Assembly: GCA_036380055.1 (NCBI GenBank)
Contig: DASVFM010000001.1
Coordinates: forward strand, 11,126-75,125
Length of the DNA stretch: 64,000 bases
Direction: 5' to 3'
Source of the DNA: Casimicrobiaceae bacterium
GTDB lineage: Bacteria; Pseudomonadota; Gammaproteobacteria; Burkholderiales; Casimicrobiaceae
A program made the translations under genes and the position numbers. Below, piece after piece: positions 29,749-44,501 of this stretch; positions within the stretch are counted from its first letter, which is position 1, and each line of letters begins with the position of its first letter. The notes beneath the pieces were generated by a model that saw nothing but the letters and a program-made list of their open reading frames with translations, searched no databases and was not told the DNA's origin.

Positions 29749-31056
29749 TCACGAACAAGATATCGATGCCGTCGCCGATTGCTGTGGTGTTCCTGAATCG
29801 ACGGCGACGATCGAAACCAATGTTCCGCTGGCAAGTGCGGGCGGCTGCACGGTGAACAATCCACCAGACGGTCCAGAGACTGTTGCTCCAAGGCTCGCCG
29901 AGACGTTGTAGCCGCCTGCTCCGCCGGTGATCGCGAAGATGAACTGATTGCTTCCATTGCAGACCCCTGCCTGAGAGGATGGAGCTATGGCAAGCGGGGT
30001 AGTCGACGGAGGCGCCGCTGAACCGGGCTGGATTGACATCGTAGCGGTGGTCGTGAGCCCTTGCGCGTCCGTTATCACGAAGGTCACGGGGTCGGCGCAG
30101 TTTCCGTTCGTAATCGCCTCAAAAAAGCCACCCGCGGCCGTGACTGGCACGTTGGCGAGGAGGACGGGCAACGGGGCGCTTGGCGTAACCGCCACCTGGT
30201 ACGGTGGCTGTCCACCGAAGATGTAATAGTCGGCGCGGAAGTTGTTCGGGCAGGTTCCGGTCCCGGTGAACGTAACGCTCGAGGGGATGACCGACAGGAC
30301 AGCCGAGCCGTTGGTCGTCTGCACGATGGTGAACTGCGTCGTCTGCTGCTCACCGCTCGTCAATTCGGTGGCTCGCAGGAGTGCCGGTTGGGTCGCGACG
30401 CCAGCCGCGGCCTGCAGAATCGCCTGCGCCACGCCGAACTGGTCCGAAACGACAGTCAGCGTCAACACGAACGGATTCGCCGGGTCGTTGCTCTTGATGC
30501 CGTAGGCCCCGCTCACGACGTCGAAGCGGACCGAGCGGCCGGGAATGCCTGCGCCGCCTGGGCCGGTGACCGTCACCTTGGCCGTCGCCGACTGCCCGGA
30601 GCAGATGGAATTCGCCCCGCAGGACGCACTGGCCGGCGTGACCGTGAGCGTGTTGAAGATTGGCGCTGCCTTGACCGTGACACCGGCGGTCCCGCTTTGT
30701 CCGATCGAGTCGACCACCGTCAGCGTGACCGCCGTATCCGTGGTGACGTTGCCGGGAACCAGCACGATCGTTCCCGACGTGTTGGCCTGCGCGACCGGAA
30801 GGATCGAAGAATTGCTCGAAGCGACCATGTAGGGCGGCACGCCGCCCGTGATCTCGAGCGAGGCGGGAGTGCCCGAATACACGGTCGATACCCCGGGCAG
30901 AATTACTACCGGGCCCGGCGTGGGTGGAGGTGGGGCGTAAGGATTATTGGGAGCGCCGCTGCCGCCGCCGCAACCGGCCAAGAGTGCCGTCCCGACCAGC
31001 GCCAAAAGCGCGAGGATCGGTCGCAGCCAGCGGGCGGTTAAACAATTCGGCGCCAT
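29749..31056 (-). CDS. Putative surface or periplasmic lipoprotein with four Ig-like modules (He_PIG/Big-like)
   Basis: MAPNCLTARWLRPILALLALVGTALLAGC contains a lipobox and is followed by a Pro-rich linker. Three modules carry the motifs ITGGVPPYMV, IFGGQPPYQV and ITGGAGGYNV. One module has a Big_1-like stretch (ATAKVTVTGPGGAGIPGRSVRFDV). The composition is rich in Thr, Ser, Val and Gly. Confidence 0.7.
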   Translation of the reverse strand: MAPNCLTARWLRPILALLALVGTALLAGCGGGSGAPNNPYAPPPPTPGPVVILPGVSTVYSGTPASLEITGGVPPYMVASSNSSILPVAQANTSGTIVLVPGNVTTDTAVTLTVVDSIGQSGTAGVTVKAAPIFNTLTVTPASASCGANSICSGQSATAKVTVTGPGGAGIPGRSVRFDVVSGAYGIKSNDPANPFVLTLTVVSDQFGVAQAILQAAAGVATQPALLRATELTSGEQQTTQFTIVQTTNGSAVLSVIPSSVTFTGTGTCPNNFRADYYIFGGQPPYQVAVTPSAPLPVLLANVPVTAAGGFFEAITNGNCADPVTFVITDAQGLTTTATMSIQPGSAAPPSTTPLAIAPSSQAGVCNGSNQFIFAITGGAGGYNVSASLGATVSGPSGGLFTVQPPALASGTLVSIVAVDSGTPQQSATASISCS

Positions 31057-31366
31057 GAGAAGATCCCTGATGATGTTGTCCTAAAGATTCGGTGGTCGTC
31101 GCGAGTTTTTAAACGCTGCGACAAGCATATAGGCCACTTTGTTCAGATTAAAGCGCAAGTCTGTTGCAGACGCAAGTATTTTTGAGGGGACAGATCAGCA
31201 GCAGCGGGCATAGAGCCCATTTTGGTTGCCGCAATGCAACAATCTCGCTACTATGACTCGATTTCCCACACTTTCCTGGTGAGTGACCGTCGGGTCCACG
31301 CAGCGCGCGGGCCCTGGTTTGTTCCGACGCATTTTGCACACGGAACGAAGGATCACGGAGTACGCG

Positions 31367-36060
<4,694 letters not shown>

Positions 36061-36061
<1 letters not shown>

Positions 36062-37485
36062 TGGGGAAGGTCACCGGTTTCATTGAGCTCGAACGCGTAC
36101 AGGAGGTCGCTCTCCCGGTTGACGAGCGCGTCCGCAACTATCGCGAATTCATCCTTACCCTGAAGGACGAGGACGCCGCGAGGCAGGCGGCCCGCTGCAT
36201 GGACTGCGGCATTCCGTTCTGTCATACCGGATGCCCGATCAGCAACATCATTCCGGACTGGAACGATCTGGTGTATCGGCACCAGTGGCGCCAGGCGCTG
36301 GACGTTCTTCATTCGACCAACAACTTCCCGGAATTTACCGGGCGCGTATGCCCCGCTCCATGCGAAGCGGCATGCACGCTCAACATCAACAACGATCCTG
36401 TCGGCATCAAATCGATCGAGCATTTCATCATCGACCGAGGCTGGGATGAGGGTTGGGTCGTACCGCAGCCGCCTGCGGCGCGCACGGGCAAGCGGGTCGC
36501 GGTCGTCGGGTCCGGGGCGGCGGGCATGGCCTGCGCGCAGCAACTCGCCCGCGCAGGACACGCGGTCGTGCTGTTCGAGAAGAACGATCGCGTCGGCGGA
36601 CTGCTGCGCTACGGCATTCCGGACTTCAAGCTTGAGAAGCACCACATCGACCGTCGGGTCGAGCAAATGCGCGCCGAGGGCGTGGAATTCCGCGTAGGCG
36701 TGCATGTGGGCGTGGGTGGGGTCTCAGCGCGCGCGCTCGTCGATGAGTTCGACGCCATCGCGCTCACCGCAGGCTCGGAAAACCCGCGTGACCTCGATGT
36801 TCCCGGGCGCGAGCTGGACGGTATCCATTTTGCGATGGACTTCCTGCCGCTGCAGAATCGCCGCGTTGCCGGTGATCGCGGCGTGCCGTCGTTGAGCGCC
36901 AAGGGCCGACGCGTGGTCGTCATAGGCGGCGGCGATACAGGATCGGACTGCGTCGGAACATCGAACCGCCAGGGAGCGGCGTCGGTGACGCAGTTCGAGC
37001 TGCTGCCGCAGCCTCCCGTTCATGAGAACAAGCCGCTCGTGTGGCCGTATTGGCCTATGAAGCTGCGCACATCGACCTCGCACGAGGAGGGCTGTGATCG
37101 AGACTGGTCGGTGCAGACAAAGGAATTCAGGGGCGAGGGAGGAAAGGTCAAAGCGCTGGTCGCATGCCGGGTCGAGTGGCGGGACGGGAAGCTGCGCGAC
37201 GTGCCCGGAAGTGAGTTCGAGATCAACGCAGACCTGGTCTTGCTGGCGATGGGATATCTGCATCCGGTCCATACCGGGATGCTCGACGAGCTCGGCGTGA
37301 AATACGACGCGCGCGGCAACATCGCCGCGGACACAGACTCGTACCGCACATCGGCGGCCAAGGTTTTCGCCGCGGGCGACTGCCGTCGCGGCCAGTCGCT
37401 CATCGTCTGGGCGATCCGCGAAGGACGACAGTGCGCACGCGCGATCGACGAGTTTCTCATGGGTGCCACCGAATTGCCGGGCTAG
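36061..37485 (+). CDS. gltD: Glutamate synthase small subunit
   Basis: [14 protein letters not shown] are the Fe-S cysteines. [22 protein letters not shown] is the dinucleotide-binding fold. The start overlaps the gltB stop (TGATG). Confidence 0.94.
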
Positions 37486-37504
37486 CACACGGCGGGCCGC
37501 TTCG

Positions 37505-38383
37505 ATGACGAACATCGTTTCGCTCGATCTCACGAGCTGGCAGCCTAAGTGCAGTCCTGAGACGCAGCAAGTCGCAGTCGAGGCGCTGGAAGGGGGTGGC
37601 GTCCTGGTGCTGCCAGAGCTCGCGTTCGAGCTGTCCGAGACCGAGCGACGCTTCCTTTCGGCGGAGTGGTCGGATCGGCGCGCCAAGAACATCAGCCTCG
37701 AGGGCGGGGCGCTCACAGGCGCGTACGGCGCGCGGGCGGATCTGGCCGCGCTCGCTGGCATGATCGGACGCTTCGCGGCCTGCGCAGCGAATCTCGTGGC
37801 CGAGCTCTTTCCGCGCTATGCACCGTACGTCCGGCGGGCGCGCACGAGCTTCCGCCCACAGCCGGCCGTCGGGCGGGCGGTTTCGTGGCGCAAGGACGAT
37901 TCCCGCTTGCATATCGACGCGTTCCCGTCGCGACCGAACCGCGGAGAACGCATCCTGCGCGTGTTTTGCAACGTCAATCCCACGGAGGATCGAGTGTGGC
38001 GCGTCGGGGAGGATTTCACGGCGATGGCACGAACCTTTCTCCCGCGCATCGGTCGTCCGCTGCCGGGAACCGCGTCGCTCCTCTCTGTCCTCCGCGTGAC
38101 CAAAGGTACACGCAGCGAATACGATCACCTCATGCTGGGGCTGCACGATCGCGCCAAGGCCGACGAGCACTATCAGCGCAACTGTACGCAGCAAGTCGTT
38201 CGCTTCGCGCCCGGCACGACCTGGCTGTGTTTCTCGGATCAGGTGATGCATGCCGCGGTGTCAGGCCAACACATGCTCGAGCAGACTATTCATCTGCCGA
38301 TCACGGCGCTCTACCGGCCCGATAGCTCGCCGCTCGCCATCCTGAAGGCCCTGTGCGGCCGGCAACTCGTCGCCGCGCAGTGA
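37505..38383 (+). CDS. Kdo hydroxylase (KdoO-like Fe(II)/2-oxoglutarate dioxygenase) family protein
   Basis: [32 protein letters not shown] (HxD) and the later [11 protein letters not shown] match my recollection of the KdoO family characterised in Burkholderia ambifaria and Yersinia pestis. This is not verified by search. Confidence 0.65.
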   Translation: MTNIVSLDLTSWQPKCSPETQQVAVEALEGGGVLVLPELAFELSETERRFLSAEWSDRRAKNISLEGGALTGAYGARADLAALAGMIGRFAACAANLVAELFPRYAPYVRRARTSFRPQPAVGRAVSWRKDDSRLHIDAFPSRPNRGERILRVFCNVNPTEDRVWRVGEDFTAMARTFLPRIGRPLPGTASLLSVLRVTKGTRSEYDHLMLGLHDRAKADEHYQRNCTQQVVRFAPGTTWLCFSDQVMHAAVSGQHMLEQTIHLPITALYRPDSSPLAILKALCGRQLVAAQ

Positions 38384-38438
38384 GGCGATTCAGTCAGCGC
38401 GGAATGCGCCGTCCGGGTACAGGCGAGAGGCTCGCGGC

Positions 38439-39521
38439 GTGACTTCTACTTTGCGCAACGACACGCTGCTGCGCGCCCTGCGGCGCGAGCCCGCAGCGCA
38501 TACGCCGATTTGGTTGATGCGACAGGCCGGGCGTTATCTGCCCGAGTACAACGCAACGCGGGCGCGCGCCGGCAGCTTCATGCGCCTGTGCATGGACCCC
38601 GAGCTCGCGACAGAGGTCACGCTGCAGCCGCTCGCCCGCTTCTCCTTCGACGCGGCGATTCTCTTCTCGGACATTCTGACCGTGCCGGATGCCATGGGCC
38701 TGGGCCTGTCGTTCAGCGAAGGCGAGGGCCCCCGCTTCGAGCGGCCCCTCGTGGACGAGGCGTCGATCGCCAAGCTAGCGCCTCCCGACCCAACGCGACT
38801 CGCCTACGTCTTTGCTGCCGTGACTGCGATCAGGCGCGCGCTCGCCGGCAGCGTTCCGTTGCTCGGGTTTGCCGGCAGCCCGTTTACCCTGGCCTGCTAC
38901 ATGATCGAAGGCGCGGGCAGCTCAGAGTTCGGACGGGTGCGCCGTATGCTGTTCGCGCGTCCCGATCTGCTTCATCGCGTGCTCGAGATCAATGCTGAAG
39001 CCACGGCGGGCTATCTCGCCGAGCAGGCACGTCACGGCGCAGATGCGCTGATGATCTTCGATACCTGGGGGGGACTGCTCACGGCAAAGGCTTACGCAAC
39101 GTTCTCGCTTGCCTACATAAAGCGCGTACTCGCGGAGGTGCGCAGACGCTGTGAGAAGCCGGTCCCGGTCATCGTATACACGAAGGGCGGAGGCCAGTGG
39201 CTTGAAGCGATTGCGGACACCGGCTGCGAGGCGATCGGTCTCGACTGGTCCACCGACATTGGGAAGGCGCGCGCAGCAGTCGGACGACGGGTGGCCGTGC
39301 AGGGAAACCTCGACCCCCAAGTCCTCTTGACGAGTCCCCCCATAATCGAGCGCGAAACCCGAGCAATCCTCGATGCCGCTGGCCCGGAACCGGGCTACAT
39401 TTTCAACCTCGGCCATGGCATCCTGCCAACGACTCCACCTGAGAATGTGGCCGCGCTAGTGGCCTGTGTGCGGGCGAGGTCGCACGCACCGGCGCAGGCC
39501 GACGTCAAAGCTGCGTCCTGA
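38439..39521 (+). CDS. hemE: Uroporphyrinogen decarboxylase
   Basis: The translation contains [31 protein letters not shown] and [12 protein letters not shown]. The start codon is GTG. Confidence 0.94.
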   Translation: MTSTLRNDTLLRALRREPAAHTPIWLMRQAGRYLPEYNATRARAGSFMRLCMDPELATEVTLQPLARFSFDAAILFSDILTVPDAMGLGLSFSEGEGPRFERPLVDEASIAKLAPPDPTRLAYVFAAVTAIRRALAGSVPLLGFAGSPFTLACYMIEGAGSSEFGRVRRMLFARPDLLHRVLEINAEATAGYLAEQARHGADALMIFDTWGGLLTAKAYATFSLAYIKRVLAEVRRRCEKPVPVIVYTKGGGQWLEAIADTGCEAIGLDWSTDIGKARAAVGRRVAVQGNLDPQVLLTSPPIIERETRAILDAAGPEPGYIFNLGHGILPTTPPENVAALVACVRARSHAPAQADVKAAS

Positions 39522-39559
39522 GCGTATACACGGCAACGGCGGCTCCTGCCGCGTGTTAC

Positions 39560-39746
39560 TTATTCACAGGGGCTCTTTTACTCAGCGATTCTCCGCCAGG
39601 GGTCGGCCGAGCCGTCGAAAAATTCTGGGAACTAGCTGATCAGCAAGAATTATTCTCAGCGCCCGACGTCCAGGGACGAAGCTGCAGTCCAAAGGCTCTG
39701 CTAACCAATACCGGCCCTTCCTCAGTTACACACACACTTGTCCACA
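39560..39746 (+). promoter_or_regulatory. Cluster of four co-oriented DnaA-box-like 9-mers in the hemE-priA spacer
   Basis: TTATTCACA (39560-39568) fits TTWTNCACA exactly. TTATTCTCA (39650-39658), TTACACACA (39726-39734) and TTGTCCACA (39738-39746) each have one mismatch. All four are on the + strand. Confidence 0.25.
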
Positions 39747-39883
39747 AGCAACGAACGGGCCTTGGAATGCCGGAAAAAGAACGACTTGCACCAAGGTTCT
39801 GCTCCAAGCTATCAGGAGGCAGAAGGCTACAGAACCCTTGGCGCGAACCGCCTCGAGCCGCGCCTATCGCCGGGGCCGCTTAG

Positions 39884-42067
39884 GTGGCCATTGCCAGAAT
39901 AGGGCTGCCAGTCCGAACGGACCGGCTTTTCGATTACTGGGTGCCGGCCGGCTTGCGCGTGGAGCCAGGCAGCGTCGTTCGGATCAAGCTCGCGGGCAGA
40001 CGAATGCACGGCGTGGTAGTGGAAGTCGTGCAAAGGACCTCGCTGCTGCCTCAACAAGTCGTCGCGATCGATGAACTCGTTGCGGAGCTTCCGCCGTTGC
40101 CCGAAGACCTGCGAGCGCTCGCTCAGTTCGTGGCCAGCTATTATCAGCAGCCGGTCGGCCTGTGCCTCTCGGAGTTGTTGCCGCCACTTGGACGTGGCCA
40201 CGCGGGCGCCGCAACGCCGCTCGCGCCAGGCTATCGACTGAGCGATGCGGGCCGCAGCGCGCTCGCCGCCGTTTCCCGTTCAGGCGACACTCGCCGTCAC
40301 GCGCTGCGCGACGCCTTCATCGCCGGACACGACGTCGCCACGGCGGAGATTCGCTTGCTTGGGGATCATCCCTGGAGAATCTTCCGCGCCTGGCAGCGAA
40401 AGGGCTGGGTCGAGCCGGCACCAGAGGCCGCGCAGATGCGTTCGGGCATGGTGCAACTCAACGACGAGCAAGGCGAAGCGCTCTGCGCAGCCTTGCCAAC
40501 GCCGCTCGCCTTCACAGCGTCGCTCCTGCAGGGCGTGACCGGCAGCGGCAAGACCGAGGTCTATCTCGCCGCCGTTGCACGCGTCGCGGAAATCGGGCGA
40601 CAGGCGCTTCTGCTGGTGCCTGAAATTAACTTGACCCCGCAACTTGAGCAGCGGCTCGCTGCTGCCCTGCCGCAGGTTCGCCTGGCCACGCTGCACAGCG
40701 CGCTCACCGCGGCCGAACGCCGTCGTCGCTGGTTGGAAGCTGCGCGCGGCGATGCGCAGCTCGTTCTCGGTACGCGGCTGGCCGTGTTCACGCCGCTGCC
40801 GCGACTCGGCCTGATCGTGGTGGATGAAGAGCAAGATGCCTCATTCAGGCAAATGGACGGCGTGCGCTACCATGCGCGCGACCTCGCGGTCTACCGGGCG
40901 CGCCTGCGTCAGGTCCCAGTCCTGCTCGGCAGCGCCACTCCTTCGCTCGAGAGCTATGCGCACGCACGGCGAGGACGCTATCGCTGGTTGAAGCTCGCGC
41001 GCAGGGCCAGCCCACAATCGACCCTGCCGGCTGTCCACCTCGTACCCAACCAGAGCGCGGGGAACGACGGACTTGGTCCCGTGCTTCGCGCCGCCATAGG
41101 GGAGCGCGTTGTCCGGGGAGAGCAGAGCCTCGTCTTCCTCAACCGACGCGGGTTCGCTCCGTCGCTACTATGCGCGGCCTGCGGCTGGAAGGCGATGTGT
41201 CCACGGTGCTCGGCGCGGCTAGTCCTGCACCGCGATGCCGGCGAGCTGCGCTGCCATCACTGTGGCCATGCCGAGCGCGTTCCTACTGCGTGCCGCGACT
41301 GCGGCAATCGCGATTTGTTTCCTGCCGGGTTCGGGACGCAACGCCTCGAAGCCGCGCTGCGGGACCGGTTTCCAAAGGCGCGCGTCCTCCGCGTCGACCG
41401 CGACACGACGCAGCGCCGAGGGACATTCGCGACGATGCGTCAGGCGATCGCCGAGGGTGAGGTCGATGTCCTCGTAGGAACGCAGATGCTCGCCAAAGGG
41501 CACGATTTTCCACGGCTGACACTGGTCGGTGTCCTTGGCGCGGACAATGCGCTCTATAGCGCCGACTTTCGCGCAACCGAGCGCCTGTTTGCACTGCTCG
41601 AACAGGTCGCAGGACGCGCGGGCCGGGGAGCGTTGCGCGGAGAGGTGATCGTGCAAACGGACTTTCCGGAGCATCCGCTGTTCGAGGCGCTCGTCGAGCA
41701 CGACTACGATCATTTTGCGGAAGCCCTACTCGCCGAGCGTCGTAACCTCCGCCTGCCGCCCTTCGGGTATCTCGCTCTGCTCGCTGCGGAGGCGAGGACC
41801 CGCGTCGCTGTAAGCGCGTTCCTGGAGCGCGCCGCCGAACGCGGACACGAGCTGGCCCGCGTTGGAGACAGCAAATGTGAGCTCTACCCCCCGGTAGCCG
41901 CTGCGCTCGGGCGACGCGCCGGCATGGAGCGCGGACAGATTCTCATCCAGTCGGCGAAGCGCGGTTCTATGCAGAGTTTCCTCACGCTATGGCGGACCGA
42001 GCTCGAGCGGCTGCGCCCGGGCACGGTCCGCTGGAGTCTCGAGGTCGACCCTCCTGCGGTGGCCTGA
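39884..42067 (+). CDS. priA: Primosomal replication restart helicase PriA
   Basis: VAIARIGLPVRTDRLFDYWVP is the canonical PriA N-terminus. GVTGSGKTEVY is Walker A and VVDEEQD is the DExx motif. The Cys-rich zinc module is CAACGW..CPRCS..CHHCG..CRDCG. The GTG start is preceded by an in-frame TAG. Confidence 0.93.
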   Translation: MAIARIGLPVRTDRLFDYWVPAGLRVEPGSVVRIKLAGRRMHGVVVEVVQRTSLLPQQVVAIDELVAELPPLPEDLRALAQFVASYYQQPVGLCLSELLPPLGRGHAGAATPLAPGYRLSDAGRSALAAVSRSGDTRRHALRDAFIAGHDVATAEIRLLGDHPWRIFRAWQRKGWVEPAPEAAQMRSGMVQLNDEQGEALCAALPTPLAFTASLLQGVTGSGKTEVYLAAVARVAEIGRQALLLVPEINLTPQLEQRLAAALPQVRLATLHSALTAAERRRRWLEAARGDAQLVLGTRLAVFTPLPRLGLIVVDEEQDASFRQMDGVRYHARDLAVYRARLRQVPVLLGSATPSLESYAHARRGRYRWLKLARRASPQSTLPAVHLVPNQSAGNDGLGPVLRAAIGERVVRGEQSLVFLNRRGFAPSLLCAACGWKAMCPRCSARLVLHRDAGELRCHHCGHAERVPTACRDCGNRDLFPAGFGTQRLEAALRDRFPKARVLRVDRDTTQRRGTFATMRQAIAEGEVDVLVGTQMLAKGHDFPRLTLVGVLGADNALYSADFRATERLFALLEQVAGRAGRGALRGEVIVQTDFPEHPLFEALVEHDYDHFAEALLAERRNLRLPPFGYLALLAAEARTRVAVSAFLERAAERGHELARVGDSKCELYPPVAAALGRRAGMERGQILIQSAKRGSMQSFLTLWRTELERLRPGTVRWSLEVDPPAVA

Positions 42068-42151
42068 TCGGGCGAGCGGCGCACGTGAAGCGGGAGCTAT
42101 AATCCGCCGTTTTGCTCCGCGCCTCCAGAGGAGCGCTGTCCATCCCGCGCC

Positions 42152-43804
42152 GTGATCGATCAACGTTCCGAGCTCACCGAATGGCTTCGTGCCGGCCTTG
42201 CCCGCGTTGCTCCAGGCCAATTGCTTGCAAGCCTCGTGCTGGAGCGCCCAAAGCAGGCACAGCACGGCGATTACGCCACCAGTATCGTGCTGCAGCTCGC
42301 AAAAGCGCTCAAGCGCTCACCACGGGAGCTCGCTGCCGCCGCAATCGCCTCGCTCGACGCCTCGCCGTGGGTCGAGCGCGCCGAGGTCGCGGGTCCGGGT
42401 TTCATCAATCTCTACCTATCGGCGGCGGCGCGGCAGGCGGTCGTTCCGCGCATTCTGCGCGAAGGCGAGCGTTACGGACGCGGCGCGTCCGCCAAACCTG
42501 AGAAAGTCATGGTCGAGTTCGTCTCCGCCAATCCGACAGGGCCGCTGCACGTCGGCCACGGGCGCGGAGCGGCGGTTGGCGACGTGCTGGCGACGCTGTT
42601 CGAATGGCAAGGGCACGAAGTGCAGCGCGAGTTCTACTACAACGACGCAGGCGCGCAGATCGCAAATCTCGCTCGCTCGGTGCAGGCGCGCGTCCGGCAG
42701 CGCTATGCCCCCGAGACACCCTTCCCGGAGGACGGCTATCACGGGGAGTACATCGGCGATATCGCACAGGCCTACTGCGCCGCGCATCTGGGCGACCATT
42801 CGGCCGCGGATCTCGATGCGGTCCGCCACTTCGCGGTCGACGCGCTGCGTCGTGAGCAGGACAGCGATCTTGCGGCGTTCGGCGTTTGCTTCGACAGCTT
42901 CTACCTCGAATCCTCGCTGTACACCGACGGGCTCGTGCAGGAAGTCGTGGACCGGCTCGCCGCGCAGGGGGAAACCTACGAGGAGGACGGCGCGCTATGG
43001 CTCAGAACCACGCGCTATGGTGACGACAAGGACCGCGTCATGCGCCGGGCCGATGGCAGCTTCACATACTTCGTGCCGGACGTCGCCTACCATGTGACAA
43101 AGTGGCGGCGCGGTTTTGAGCGCGTGGTCAACGAGCAGGGCGCCGACCATCACAGCACCATCGTTCGCGTTCGGGCCGGACTGCAGGCGCTGAAGATCGG
43201 AATTCCCGCCGGCTATCCTGAATACGTTCTGCATCAGATGGTCACCGTGATGAAGGGCGGGGAGGAGATGAAGATCAGCAAGCGCGCCGGCGACTACCTT
43301 ACAGTCCGCGACCTCATCGATGAAGTCGGTCGCGACGCGGTGCGATTCTTCTTCCTGTTGCGCAAGGCGGATTCCCAACTGACCTTCGACGTCGACCTGG
43401 CGCGATCACAGAGCGAGGAGAATCCCGTCTACTACGTTCAATACGCCCATGCACGAGTCTGCAGCGTGCTGGACAAAGCGGGCATTGGCCTCGCCGAGGC
43501 GAATCATCGCTTGCAGAGCGCGGACGTATCGCCCCTCGTGAGCCCGTACGAAGAAGCTTTGCTGCGCCGGATAGCAGACTTGCCGCACGAGCTCGCCCTG
43601 GCATCGCGCGACCTGGCTCCGCACCTCGTGACTTTCTACCTCAAGGAATTGGCGGGCGAATTTCACAGCTACTATAATGCCGAGCAATTTCTCGTCGACG
43701 AGCCGAGTCTGAGGGACGCACGGTTGGCGCTTGTGGTAGCGGTTGGACAAGTCATCCGCAATGGTCTGCGCGTGCTCGGCGTGAGCGCACCGGAACAGAT
43801 GTGA
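42152..43804 (+). CDS. argS: Arginine--tRNA ligase
   Basis: The translation contains [20 protein letters not shown] (HIGH motif) and a class I catalytic core. The C-terminal anticodon-binding DALR-like region includes [12 protein letters not shown]. Confidence 0.92.
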   Translation: MIDQRSELTEWLRAGLARVAPGQLLASLVLERPKQAQHGDYATSIVLQLAKALKRSPRELAAAAIASLDASPWVERAEVAGPGFINLYLSAAARQAVVPRILREGERYGRGASAKPEKVMVEFVSANPTGPLHVGHGRGAAVGDVLATLFEWQGHEVQREFYYNDAGAQIANLARSVQARVRQRYAPETPFPEDGYHGEYIGDIAQAYCAAHLGDHSAADLDAVRHFAVDALRREQDSDLAAFGVCFDSFYLESSLYTDGLVQEVVDRLAAQGETYEEDGALWLRTTRYGDDKDRVMRRADGSFTYFVPDVAYHVTKWRRGFERVVNEQGADHHSTIVRVRAGLQALKIGIPAGYPEYVLHQMVTVMKGGEEMKISKRAGDYLTVRDLIDEVGRDAVRFFFLLRKADSQLTFDVDLARSQSEENPVYYVQYAHARVCSVLDKAGIGLAEANHRLQSADVSPLVSPYEEALLRRIADLPHELALASRDLAPHLVTFYLKELAGEFHSYYNAEQFLVDEPSLRDARLALVVAVGQVIRNGLRVLGVSAPEQM

Positions 43805-43805
43805 C

Positions 43806-44426
43806 ATGAGTCCCAGCGTAGGACGGCGTCGCCCGATACCCGTCACCCGCTCCAGGAGAACGGGCAAAGGCGGCACGGTCGTCGGCATCTTCATCGGGCT
43901 CATCCTCGGCCTGACGATCGCCGCCGCGGTCGCGTACTATCTTGGAAAGAGCGGCCTCACCACGCCGCCCGGTGCTTCGGGAGCGGCGAAGGAAGCGCCA
44001 CGTACCGGCCGAAGCGACCTGCAGACACCCGCTCCCGCGGCCGAGAAGCCGCGCTTCGATTTCTACAAGATTCTGCCCGGCAGCGAGGAGGCGAAGGCGC
44101 CGGTCGCAAAGGGCCCGGAAAAAGTGCCCGAGCGACCGACCGACCGGGCGACGATCGACGCAGCGAAATCCGCCGAGCCGGGGAAGATGGCGGACCGGTT
44201 CTGGCTCCAGGCCGGTGCCTTCGCGAGCGAGGCCGACGCCGAGAATCTCCGGGCTCGTCTGGCGCTCTCCGGCTGGGAGGCGACGATGCAGAGTGTCACC
44301 CAGCCCGACAAGAGTGTCCGCTACCGCGTCCGCCTGGGACCCTACGACAACACCGACGAGCTCAACCGGGTGAAGACTGAGCTCGGGCACCGCGGCTTCG
44401 ACGTTGCGGTGATCAAGAACCCGTGA
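43806..44426 (+). CDS. SPOR domain-containing cell-division protein (FtsN-like bitopic)
   Basis: The protein has a basic N-terminus, one TM (VVGIFIGLILGLTIAAAVAYYL) and a Pro/Ala linker. The C-terminal SPOR domain is FWLQAGAFASEADAENLRARL...YRVRLGPYDNTDELNRVK. Confidence 0.82.
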   Translation: MSPSVGRRRPIPVTRSRRTGKGGTVVGIFIGLILGLTIAAAVAYYLGKSGLTTPPGASGAAKEAPRTGRSDLQTPAPAAEKPRFDFYKILPGSEEAKAPVAKGPEKVPERPTDRATIDAAKSAEPGKMADRFWLQAGAFASEADAENLRARLALSGWEATMQSVTQPDKSVRYRVRLGPYDNTDELNRVKTELGHRGFDVAVIKNP

Positions 44427-44501
44427 ACCCGCATGGCCGTTGAACTTCGGGCGCTGCGGCGTGATCAATAGCGGCTGGCAGACTGAATTCTGGGGGCAAC
44501 G

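Noticed and set aside
31154-31177. Direct repeat CGCAAGT ... CGCAAGT with an internal GTCTG-ttg-CAGAC mini-hairpin in the gltB/lipoprotein divergent region
   Set aside because: The repeat is short at 7 nt and occurs only once as a pair. I recognise no known regulator motif, so it is not distinguishable from chance by eye.
31223-31238. Sigma54-like -24/-12 element TGGTTGCCGCAATGCA upstream of gltB
   Set aside because: Only the GG-N10-GC core and two flanking bases match TGGCACG-N4-TTGCW. No enhancer-binding-protein sites are recognisable upstream. A chance match is plausible in a 310-bp region.
39522-39883. Idea that the hemE-priA spacer is the chromosomal origin (oriC), as hemE-linked origins are in alphaproteobacteria
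   Set aside because: Only one exact DnaA box is present. There is no obvious AT-rich 13-mer unwinding element, and no dnaA, dnaN, gidA or parAB genes are nearby. Gene strand bias does not switch here. Betaproteobacterial origins are normally next to dnaA. I kept it only as a lower-claim finding (DnaA-box-like cluster or possible sRNA).
42098-42103. Perfect TATAAT hexamer upstream of argS as a promoter -10
   Set aside because: No acceptable -35 or extended -10 (TGn) lies at the right spacing. A lone hexamer is too weak to report as a feature.
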